DNA of 40,734 nucleotides from Candidatus Woesearchaeota archaeon (lineage in GTDB: Archaea > Nanobdellota > Nanobdellia > Pacearchaeales > GW2011-AR1), in contig CAYLHY010000001.1 of assembly GCA_964383885.1 (NCBI GenBank), positions 1 to 40,734 of the forward strand. Direction: 5' to 3'. The translations under genes and the position numbers were made by a program. The notes beneath the pieces are model-generated. The model was not told where the DNA came from. It made no database searches and saw nothing but the letters and a program-made list of their open reading frames with translations. The first letter of the stretch is position 1. Each line of letters starts with the position of its first letter. Shown here piece by piece: positions 31,679-38,934 of the stretch.

Positions 31679-32421
31679 TCTATATTGTTTGATTCATAGT
31701 ATTTTACAAAAATCTCAGTCATAAGCCTTTCTATAACTTTTAATATCTCGCAGTTGTTTACATTAAGCTCATAACATGCTTTTCCTATTTGATTTATCTC
31801 AGACTTATCTGATTTTTTAACATTAACAAACATATATCTTCCGTAAGCATCACAGGATGCATTTTCATCTTTCACAACTTTAATTCCTAATGCTTTTAAA
31901 TTTAATAAATTAATAACAGCTATTCCTTCATCCCCTTCACAATCAAATTCATCTGACATGTTTAAAACTAATCTGTATTTTTCATCATTGAATTTAATTC
32001 CAAAATTAATTCCATCCTCATTGAAACTCTCATTAAAAATAAACGGAATTTCTTCATCAAGTTTTTCTGGATTATTTCTTAAATAAATATTATATGCCCT
32101 TATTTTTCCTTCATAAGTAACTGGAAAAGGAACCCTGTAAAAAATAAGTTTTCCTTCTTTTACAACTTCTCCATTAATTCCTCTGTATTCAAAATATCTT
32201 CCTGAATTAAGTAAGTATATTATCACAAAAATTAATATCACTAATGCTGCTAAAACAATTAGAACAGTTTTTAAAATATGGTTATATTTTTTTAATTCTT
32301 CTTTGCTTGCTTGTTTTTTTTCAATCTCTCCGCAAACTGTCTTTGTTTTTTCTTTTCCTTTTTTTTCAATTTCAAAAGTCTCGCATACTTTTTCTTTTGA
32401 TTTTTTATTTTTTTTAGGCAT
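31660..32421 (-). CDS. Hypothetical type-II anchored extracellular protein (basic N-tail, 1 TM, Cys-containing ectodomain)
   Basis: K/E-rich cytoplasmic tail, TM helix LKTVLIVLAALVILIFVIIYLL, and an ectodomain with 4 Cys after the TM helix. Shows weak similarity to the next gene upstream. Confidence 0.55.
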   Translation of the reverse strand: MPKKNKKSKEKVCETFEIEKKGKEKTKTVCGEIEKKQASKEELKKYNHILKTVLIVLAALVILIFVIIYLLNSGRYFEYRGINGEVVKEGKLIFYRVPFPVTYEGKIRAYNIYLRNNPEKLDEEIPFIFNESFNEDGINFGIKFNDEKYRLVLNMSDEFDCEGDEGIAVINLLNLKALGIKVVKDENASCDAYGRYMFVNVKKSDKSEINQIGKACYELNVNNCEILKVIERLMTEIFVKYYESNNIEWKFQN

Positions 32422-32512
32422 TTTTAATTCTAATACATGAAGATTTTCGTGCTTTATAAGTTTTTATAATTTATTCTCATTATTTTATTTAACCTTATTA
32501 ATCTTATTAATT

Positions 32513-33118
32513 CTAATCAATTCCTAAAATTTTAAATAAAAACTCATCACTAACATTAATTAAATCAGATTTTGGAGCTTGAATAAATACGCAATTATTT
32601 TCCTGCCTTATATTAGTAAAGTTGCTTTCTTGAATTATAATAAAATTATTATCGCAAGTTTTTATAGGATAATCACCTTTACAATTAAGAGAATAATTTG
32701 AATTCAAGCTTGTAAAATTTATAGAACTTTCATTGAGGCATGCAGGCTGTATTCTTTCAACAAAAACATTTAAATTATTATAGATTTCAGCAGAAGCCAA
32801 GTCATCTTCTGATTGAATATACAATGGTTCATCATAATAATAATTAAGAGGATTTACAAAACTATTAATCTCAGCTACTTGAAGAGGATTGTATCTAAAA
32901 GCAAATTGAAAACCATTAATTTCTGCAATCCAGTAATTATTTTGATTAATAAAATCTATTCCATTGTAAACAATTTTTTCTTTTCTGCTTAGTCTGTCAT
33001 TATTAATCATAGCATATCCTAAAATACTCAGAGAAAGCATTCCTATTAAAATAATTCCTGCAATGATTTGATTAAATCTTTTGTTGTTTTTTGATTCTGT
33101 TATGCTTCTTAACTTCAT
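32513..33118 (-). CDS. Hypothetical N-terminally anchored extracellular protein (Cys-containing)
   Basis: TM helix IIAGIILIGMLSLSILGYAMI. Ectodomain with 4 Cys and many NxS/T sequons. TATA-like box 22 nt upstream. Confidence 0.55.
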   Translation of the reverse strand: MKLRSITESKNNKRFNQIIAGIILIGMLSLSILGYAMINNDRLSRKEKIVYNGIDFINQNNYWIAEINGFQFAFRYNPLQVAEINSFVNPLNYYYDEPLYIQSEDDLASAEIYNNLNVFVERIQPACLNESSINFTSLNSNYSLNCKGDYPIKTCDNNFIIIQESNFTNIRQENNCVFIQAPKSDLINVSDEFLFKILGID

Positions 33119-33140
33119 TACTTAACCACATTAATTTTCA

Positions 33141-33148
33141 TATAAAAA
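33141..33148 (-). promoter_or_regulatory. TATA box (TTTTTATA on the minus strand) for the 32513-33118 gene
   Basis: 22 nt between the box and the ATG at 33118. Confidence 0.4.
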
Positions 33149-33182
33149 TTTTTGGTTTTAAAGAGAGCTTACGCTTAAGGTT

Positions 33183-33227
33183 AAAAAACAAAGAAAAAGA
33201 AAAAAGAAAAAAATGAAATAAAAGAAA
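33183..33227 (-). terminator. Oligo-T terminator region after the S-layer gene
   Basis: Directly after the stop, the minus strand reads AGTTTCTTTTATTTCATTTTTTTCTTTTTTCTTTTTCTTTGTTTTTT, with successive T4-T7 runs. Confidence 0.55.
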
Positions 33228-33229
33228 CT

Positions 33230-35560
33230 TTATTCTACAACGAGTTCAGCACTTGTTGCTCCAGTTCCAATGTATTTCTTTCCAACACTTGTGTCTACTG
33301 TTTGAGTTGTTAGGTATGTTGCAGCAGCAACTGTGTCTGCAGCTTCATAACCTGCAACTAATAGTGCTGTCTTTGAACTGTCGTAAGGACTCTCGACACT
33401 TTGTATCAAGAATTGTCCAGTTCCCACACCTGTAGCAGATGTGAATTCAGCACCACAGTATGAACCACCAAGTATTGTAGCAGCAACTGAGTTAATGCAG
33501 CTTCCACCAACAACAATTAAGTTCTTGTCGCTTACTGAGCTAACTTCACTGTCTTTTACAACAATGTTGCCAAGTCCGTCGCCTTTTGTCAAAGTAACAC
33601 TTGGAGCAGTTACATATACATCAGCGTAGGACTCTTCTCCATGATAAGTGATTGTCGCCCAGTCTTGATCTCCACCAGTGTCATAAACAACTTTTGTAGC
33701 AAGGTCAGAGACAACATAAGACTCATAGTCATCAGTATCATCTATTTCATATTCACTGCTTCCAGTATCTACATCACTTACATGAACTTTGTCACTTGTT
33801 CCAGATTCACCTAAAGTTACATTGAAAGTTTTTCCTTTTGCTAGATTTTCATTTCTATCTTCTTCTGCCATGTATAGATAGAAACTATCATAACCATGTC
33901 CAGCTGTGTTTTGCCAGACTCCAGCATCAGAAACATTAATTTCACCTTTCAATCCTGTAGAGTTAACAACAGTGTGTGGAAGATAAATCTTCAATCCTTC
34001 TTTAGTGTAAAGTGTATTGAAACTACCTCCACTACTTATGTTAAATGTAACCCATTCGTTTGAACCAACATCGTAGATTGAATCTACAGTCAATATAAGA
34101 CTTCCAATGGAACAAGTGTCTCCTTCATTAAGATGTTCACAAACGTCGTCTCCAGTAACTTCATTCTTAATTGTTGTTCTGTTATCATCTTCGTGTTGGC
34201 TTACACTGGCTGATAACAAGTAAGACTCTCCTTCTGAAGTTGCATTCCATGAAGCAACAAACCACCTGTCATTGTTGGTTTCATTAAAAGTAAGCTGTGA
34301 ACCAGACGAGGTTACTAGCTTATTATTTGAATCTTTACCTATTCCTACAAATTCTCCTGTAGAATTTGCATACAGTAGGTAAATGTTCGCTACTCCATCT
34401 TTGATTGGAGCTTCAAGCTTAATTCTATCACTTCCATCATTTTTAATGATGGTTTCTTCTTCAGCAGGGAAGTTCATTCCTCCCATGCTTAATTTCACAG
34501 CTTCAAATCCAGGCATAAGAAGCTCACTATCTGGAGTTACAAATGCTTCATCATCAGTAGTCCACTCAAGAGTTATTTTGTCAAGCTTTCCATTGCTTTG
34601 ACTTAAATAACCTTTGATTTCTTCAATAGTGTCATCATTTAATTCTATTGAAGAACCGTCAGTTATTTTTAATTTACCTGAACCCAAGCTGATTTCAACT
34701 GAACTCACTGTTCCTTGTTTTGACAGATATATAAGTTCTTTGACACCTACATAACTACCATCACTTAATTTCATGGTTTGGCCTTCTTCAAGTCCCTTTA
34801 TGTCTTCACCATCAATGGTCAAATATGCCTTACTTTCTGATATAGTTCGTACATAAACACTTTTTCCTTGAACAGTCTTAGTTTCACCTTCTGTGATCAA
34901 TGCACTTGAAGCAGAATCAAGAAGGGTTGTTGAATTTGCAGATGTACTGCTGTTTACAACATCTAGTATGTAATACTCCTTACCCATTAGAGTGAGTGTA
35001 GTTGTTTCTAAGGCATCTGGTGTGAAATCAGGGTTTGTAGTGAAGTCCAATGTATAGTTTAGGACATGAGTGCTACCAGGAAGCCTGATTCCTATGGTAG
35101 GTGTATCCTCTTTGTAATCTGAATCTGAAAAATGAGTCAGATTAAGATTACTTCCTAAAACTATCTTTTGAGTGAAATCATATTCTTCATTGTTGTCATC
35201 TAGGTATGTTCCATCTGCTAAAAGATTTGGTAGGTTTTCGTCTGTCAAAGACACAACAAAAACATCTTTTGCACTGTCACCTAGATTAAATTTATCTGAA
35301 GATCTTTCTAACTTCACTTTATCCCCTTCTCCTGCAACAGCAGAAGCTCCACCAGTGTAGCTTTCAGATAAATCAGTCTGAATGCTTGTAGCCTGGACAA
35401 AGTCACTGCTATCAACTCCTACTCCTGTACCATAGACTATTGCTACATCAGCTGAACTTCCAGAAACAAATGGTGCTGGATAGTTAGCTGCAGCAACAAC
35501 ACCCATAGCCATTAGAGCAGTTGAAGCAAGCGCTGTAATTTTTTTGAATGAAAATTTCAT
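33230..35560 (-). CDS. S-layer protein (Methanococcales-type S_layer_N / S_layer_C architecture)
   Basis: Signal peptide MKFSFKKITALASTALMAMGVVAAA, then NYPAPFVSGSSADVAIVYGTG. The C-terminal block is NLIVVGGSCINSVAATILGG...KTALLVAGYEAADTVAAATYL. These N- and C-terminal blocks resemble archaeal S-layer proteins of the slmr/slmv type. The protein is T/S/G/D/V-rich, has many N-x-S/T sequons, and its codon usage is visibly G/C-richer than its neighbours. No C-terminal TM. Confidence 0.75.
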   Translation of the reverse strand: MKFSFKKITALASTALMAMGVVAAANYPAPFVSGSSADVAIVYGTGVGVDSSDFVQATSIQTDLSESYTGGASAVAGEGDKVKLERSSDKFNLGDSAKDVFVVSLTDENLPNLLADGTYLDDNNEEYDFTQKIVLGSNLNLTHFSDSDYKEDTPTIGIRLPGSTHVLNYTLDFTTNPDFTPDALETTTLTLMGKEYYILDVVNSSTSANSTTLLDSASSALITEGETKTVQGKSVYVRTISESKAYLTIDGEDIKGLEEGQTMKLSDGSYVGVKELIYLSKQGTVSSVEISLGSGKLKITDGSSIELNDDTIEEIKGYLSQSNGKLDKITLEWTTDDEAFVTPDSELLMPGFEAVKLSMGGMNFPAEEETIIKNDGSDRIKLEAPIKDGVANIYLLYANSTGEFVGIGKDSNNKLVTSSGSQLTFNETNNDRWFVASWNATSEGESYLLSASVSQHEDDNRTTIKNEVTGDDVCEHLNEGDTCSIGSLILTVDSIYDVGSNEWVTFNISSGGSFNTLYTKEGLKIYLPHTVVNSTGLKGEINVSDAGVWQNTAGHGYDSFYLYMAEEDRNENLAKGKTFNVTLGESGTSDKVHVSDVDTGSSEYEIDDTDDYESYVVSDLATKVVYDTGGDQDWATITYHGEESYADVYVTAPSVTLTKGDGLGNIVVKDSEVSSVSDKNLIVVGGSCINSVAATILGGSYCGAEFTSATGVGTGQFLIQSVESPYDSSKTALLVAGYEAADTVAAATYLTTQTVDTSVGKKYIGTGATSAELVVE

Positions 35561-35562
35561 TC

Positions 35563-35688
35563 TTATAATTTACAAAACCTCCTTTCACCTCTATGCAAAC
35601 ATGTTGTCAAGGACAACCTCTTCTCAATGTCAGCAATCATAGGGGAAATTGCTTCATTGAGTTGAGCATTATTTTTTATCTTATTCAT
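35563..35688 (-). CDS. Possible 41-codon upstream ORF in the S-layer leader (speculative)
   Basis: My translation is MNKIKNNAQLNEAISPMIADIEKRLSLTTCLHRGERRFCKL. Its stop TAA lies 2 nt before the S-layer ATG. The only GGAGG in the leader is inside this ORF, 17 nt from the S-layer ATG. Confidence 0.25.
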   Translation of the reverse strand: MNKIKNNAQLNEAISPMIADIEKRLSLTTCLHRGERRFCKL

Positions 35689-35984
35689 TTTGTATTCCCT
35701 ATAGAACCTCAAGCCTTAACTTAAGTGGTTGTTCAATAAAAAACAAAGTTCATTTAAAAAGCTTACTATAAAAAAACATATATTTTTACGTAAAATCTTG
35801 ATTTTTAGAGGTTTTATTTATAAATCTTTTGGTGTAACTTCATTATTAACACAATCTGTATTTTTTGCTTTATTGGAGTTAAAACTTTGCAAAAACAAAA
35901 CATTTATTAATATATGGTTACTAATACTAATATATATAAACAAATAATAGATATCCCTAAAATATCTATTGAAGATATGTTAAA

Positions 35985-35992
35985 ATTATATA
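35985..35992 (+). promoter_or_regulatory. TATA-like box for the wHTH regulator gene
   Basis: ATTATATA with 23 nt before the ATG at 36016. Confidence 0.4.
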
Positions 35993-36015
35993 CCATATAA
36001 ACTTTTTTTACAAAA

Positions 36016-36366
36016 ATGGCAAAAACTAAAATCAGAGAAATAACAATCAAAGAATCAAAAGGAGCTTTTAACATCTTTAAAGGTTCTTCAAACAAAAAAG
36101 ATTATGATTTCTCAGGAATTCTTGCCTTAAGACAGCTTTTAAGCAATGAAAAAGCCAGAATTTTACATGTAATTAAAACCCAAAACCCGAAATCAATTTA
36201 TGATTTAGCAAAAAAATTAGGAAGAGGGTTTAAAGCAGTTAACGATGACATAAAATTACTAGAAAAATTCGGGTTTATTGACTTAATTGAAGAAAAAACA
36301 AAAAATAGAATAAGATACAAACCAGAAATAGTTGTAGATACAATAACTATTCATGTAAAAGTTTAG
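36016..36366 (+). CDS. Small winged-helix (ArsR/MarR-like, COG4190-type) transcriptional regulator
   Basis: ILALRQLLSNEKARILHVIKTQNPKSIYDLAKKLGRGFKAVNDDIKLLEKFGFIDL is a classic wHTH segment. The gene converges on the end of the pilin-like operon with a 23-nt gap. Confidence 0.65.
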   Translation: MAKTKIREITIKESKGAFNIFKGSSNKKDYDFSGILALRQLLSNEKARILHVIKTQNPKSIYDLAKKLGRGFKAVNDDIKLLEKFGFIDLIEEKTKNRIRYKPEIVVDTITIHVKV

Positions 36367-36389
36367 TAATACAAAAAGAAATTATCTAA

Positions 36390-36872
36390 TTACTCAGAAG
36401 AATAATAAACATTCATTGTTATTTCTACATTTTTAGGTAGTTTTTGTATAGTTCCTTTGAAATTATTAATTTTGTTTCCTTTACTAAAACTCATTAATTC
36501 TTCATTTTCACTAAATATTTTTAATTCATATGCACTAAACATTGTATTTTCAATTTTCCAGCTGTTATCAATTATCTCATAAAGTGTATTTCTTAAAACC
36601 TCGCAGGCCGGTTTCTCATTCAAACAAAATTCATTTTTTTTACAGCTGTATATGAGTTTTTCAACAGATAAATTTCCTAAATAACTTTCACACTCACTAG
36701 TATATTGAAGAACTGCTTGCAAAAAACTCTCAACTTCATAACTCTCTGCTTGTGTTTTACTCGGCCGAGTAAGTGCAAAACTTATGAATACAAGAAGAAT
36801 AATTGAAACTATAATTATTATAAGTCCAAAACCAACCATTTCTTCTTGTGCTTTTTTATTTTTTAAATTCAT
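36390..36872 (-). CDS. Pilin-like (class III signal-like) secreted/anchored protein, 160 aa
   Basis: N-terminus MNLKNKKAQEEMVGFGLIIIIVSIILLVFISFAL. 4 Cys in the ectodomain. Last gene of the operon. Confidence 0.5.
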   Translation of the reverse strand: MNLKNKKAQEEMVGFGLIIIIVSIILLVFISFALTRPSKTQAESYEVESFLQAVLQYTSECESYLGNLSVEKLIYSCKKNEFCLNEKPACEVLRNTLYEIIDNSWKIENTMFSAYELKIFSENEELMSFSKGNKINNFKGTIQKLPKNVEITMNVYYSSE

Positions 36873-36886
36873 TTTTATAAGATAAT

Positions 36887-37432
36887 TTAAGATTTTGATT
36901 CATAACCTATAAATAATTTAGCTAATTCGCATTTATTATCAATCCTTTTTCCACTCACTTTTCTGCATAATGACACAAAATTCCAGATATAATTCCCAGA
37001 AATTTCTTTATCATATAATTTAATATAATTGCAGTTAGGATAGGTTTGAGAAGTGCATTCTTTTTCTTCTTCAATAGGATAAATTTTTCTTATTTCAATA
37101 TTTGTAATGTCTTTCCCCCAAAATCCATTGTATTTTTCTGAAAAATCTTTTAATGCCATAACTTTATCAGCATCTATGCAATTAGTTTTTCCTGTTCCAA
37201 ATGAATTCCCACAAGAAAATTCAGGAGAATTTGCTAATTTTGTAACCAAAAGCATTGCATTTTTTTCTTCAAGAAGTGCAGATGTTTTTTTTAATCCAGA
37301 TAAACTCCATACTAATACAAACATCCCAACAATAATAAGGAAGATAGTAACAGCTATTAGCACAACCATCATCTGCTGAATCTTCATTTGCGCTTTTTTG
37401 CTTTTCATTTTAATTTTTTTTGATTTTACCAT
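36887..37432 (-). CDS. Pilin-like (class III signal-like) secreted/anchored protein, about 181 aa
   Basis: N-terminus MVKSKKIKMKSKKAQMKIQQMMVVLIAVTIFLIIVGMFVLVW. 6 Cys. The ATG at 37432 overlaps the stop of the upstream gene (ATGGTAA coupling). The track start at 37441 is a TTG. Confidence 0.5.
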   Translation of the reverse strand: MVKSKKIKMKSKKAQMKIQQMMVVLIAVTIFLIIVGMFVLVWSLSGLKKTSALLEEKNAMLLVTKLANSPEFSCGNSFGTGKTNCIDADKVMALKDFSEKYNGFWGKDITNIEIRKIYPIEEEKECTSQTYPNCNYIKLYDKEISGNYIWNFVSLCRKVSGKRIDNKCELAKLFIGYESKS

Positions 37433-38370
37433 AGCCTGCAAGTGCTTTTTTGATTTTTTTCATTAATTTCATCAGCAATTAAATCCAAGGAATTTAAATC
37501 TCTTGATGATTCTAGATTATTTGATAAGTCTGTAAGCAGAGATAATTCTGGTTTTACAGAATCTCCGCATCCAATTGTCTCTATTTTATTTAAATATAAA
37601 TCTGCTAAACTTGCAGCTCTTTTCATTAATCTTTTAATCTGGCATTCATAAACTTCTGGATTTGAAAAAATTCCAGCATACATTAAACTATTATCACTAA
37701 AATAAACTTTTCCTTGTTTCTTTTCAACAATTCCTCTTTCATAATCAACTTTTATTTCACACCCTTTACTGCTCCCAAAACATACTTTTTTTGCATTTTT
37801 TTCTTGTATGAATTCTTCACTGCAGTTTGTTAAAAGATTATTTTGATTTAAATTATTGATTTCTTCTTCAACATCTTCTGGAGCATTAATAAAACAATAA
37901 ATTTCATCAAAAGAAATTATGTATGTTAAATCAGCTACTTTAAATGGAAAATAAAAAGGTTTAGTGAATACTAAAAAACTCTTTCCTTCTGAAGGGTTGG
38001 AAGAGAAAATATATTTATTAGAGAAGCCAACGTCAATATCTGTTTCAGTCCATTTATTAAAACTTAATTGAGATACTTGTATTAATTGTCTTCCAAAAAT
38101 TCCTTCAGGATTGCATTTACTGTATATTCTGGTTTTTACAGGAAAACCTAAAATATTTGTCTTAGCCTCTTCAAAACCTGTTTCAAGAGGATTCAACAAA
38201 ATACCTATTTCTTTGCTTGTTTTTGCACTCTGGACTGTTTCTTGAGTTTTAATTAATTTAGTTACTCCGTAAATTGTTAAAAATAATATAAATGCTCCAA
38301 CAATTAGTGCAAATAACCAAGGAAAAGAAAATTGTATAAATGCTTTTTTGTTTTTTGTTTTTTTGCTCAT
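37426..38370 (-). CDS. N-terminally anchored extracellular protein, 314 aa (pilin-like signal variant KKAF)
   Basis: N-terminus MSKKTKNKKAFIQFSFPWLFALIVGAFILFLTIYG. 8 Cys. Confidence 0.5.
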   Translation of the reverse strand: MSKKTKNKKAFIQFSFPWLFALIVGAFILFLTIYGVTKLIKTQETVQSAKTSKEIGILLNPLETGFEEAKTNILGFPVKTRIYSKCNPEGIFGRQLIQVSQLSFNKWTETDIDVGFSNKYIFSSNPSEGKSFLVFTKPFYFPFKVADLTYIISFDEIYCFINAPEDVEEEINNLNQNNLLTNCSEEFIQEKNAKKVCFGSSKGCEIKVDYERGIVEKKQGKVYFSDNSLMYAGIFSNPEVYECQIKRLMKRAASLADLYLNKIETIGCGDSVKPELSLLTDLSNNLESSRDLNSLDLIADEINEKNQKSTCRLW

Positions 38371-38383
38371 TTTACAATCAAAA

Positions 38384-38890
38384 TTATTCAGTAATTGTAA
38401 CTAAATTCTCTCCAGGCATCATTTTAATTGTCATTTTAATTTTGCCTTTTATGTTATCTATGCAAAAAGGATTATCTGCAGAAGTAATTCTCTCAATATT
38501 AATATGTTTTATTTCTTTAGAGTCTAGTCCTTCTCCTGAACCAACAGGGTAAAAAATCATATTCTCGCTTCCAAAATAAGCCATTTTTAAATCACTGTAA
38601 ATGTCTTTATCTCTTCCTCTAGAACTTTGATTAAAATCTACAAAACATACTTTTTTTATTCTTTTTGGAAGAACATATTCATATTCTTGGCTTCCTTGAC
38701 TGCCTCTCCACATTTTATTTATATCATTTTGAAGATTTTCACTGAAGGTGGTTATTTGAATGCTTCTTTGAATTCCTAAAAATTTTTGAATAGCATAAAT
38801 ACTAAACCATAAAAAAACAACTATGAGTATTATTGAAAAAATCATTCCAAAAGACAACTTCATCTGTGCTTTTTTTAATCCTCTTTTCAT
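38384..38890 (-). CDS. Pilin-like (class III signal-like) secreted/anchored protein, 168 aa
   Basis: N-terminus MKRGLKKAQMKLSFGMIFSIILIVVFLWFSIYA. 2 Cys. Confidence 0.5.
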   Translation of the reverse strand: MKRGLKKAQMKLSFGMIFSIILIVVFLWFSIYAIQKFLGIQRSIQITTFSENLQNDINKMWRGSQGSQEYEYVLPKRIKKVCFVDFNQSSRGRDKDIYSDLKMAYFGSENMIFYPVGSGEGLDSKEIKHINIERITSADNPFCIDNIKGKIKMTIKMMPGENLVTITE

Positions 38891-38934
38891 AAATTAAAAA
38901 GAAATTCAATACTTATAAAGTTATTTCCTAATCT

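Noticed and set aside
35729-36095. Track ORFs 35729-35947 (plus, 72 aa) and 35907-36095 (minus, 62 aa), in and around the S-layer/regulator intergenic region.
   Set aside because: Both are low-complexity and very AT-rich, with non-ATG or poorly placed starts. The minus one overlaps the start of the wHTH gene. The region is better explained as promoter DNA for two divergent genes.
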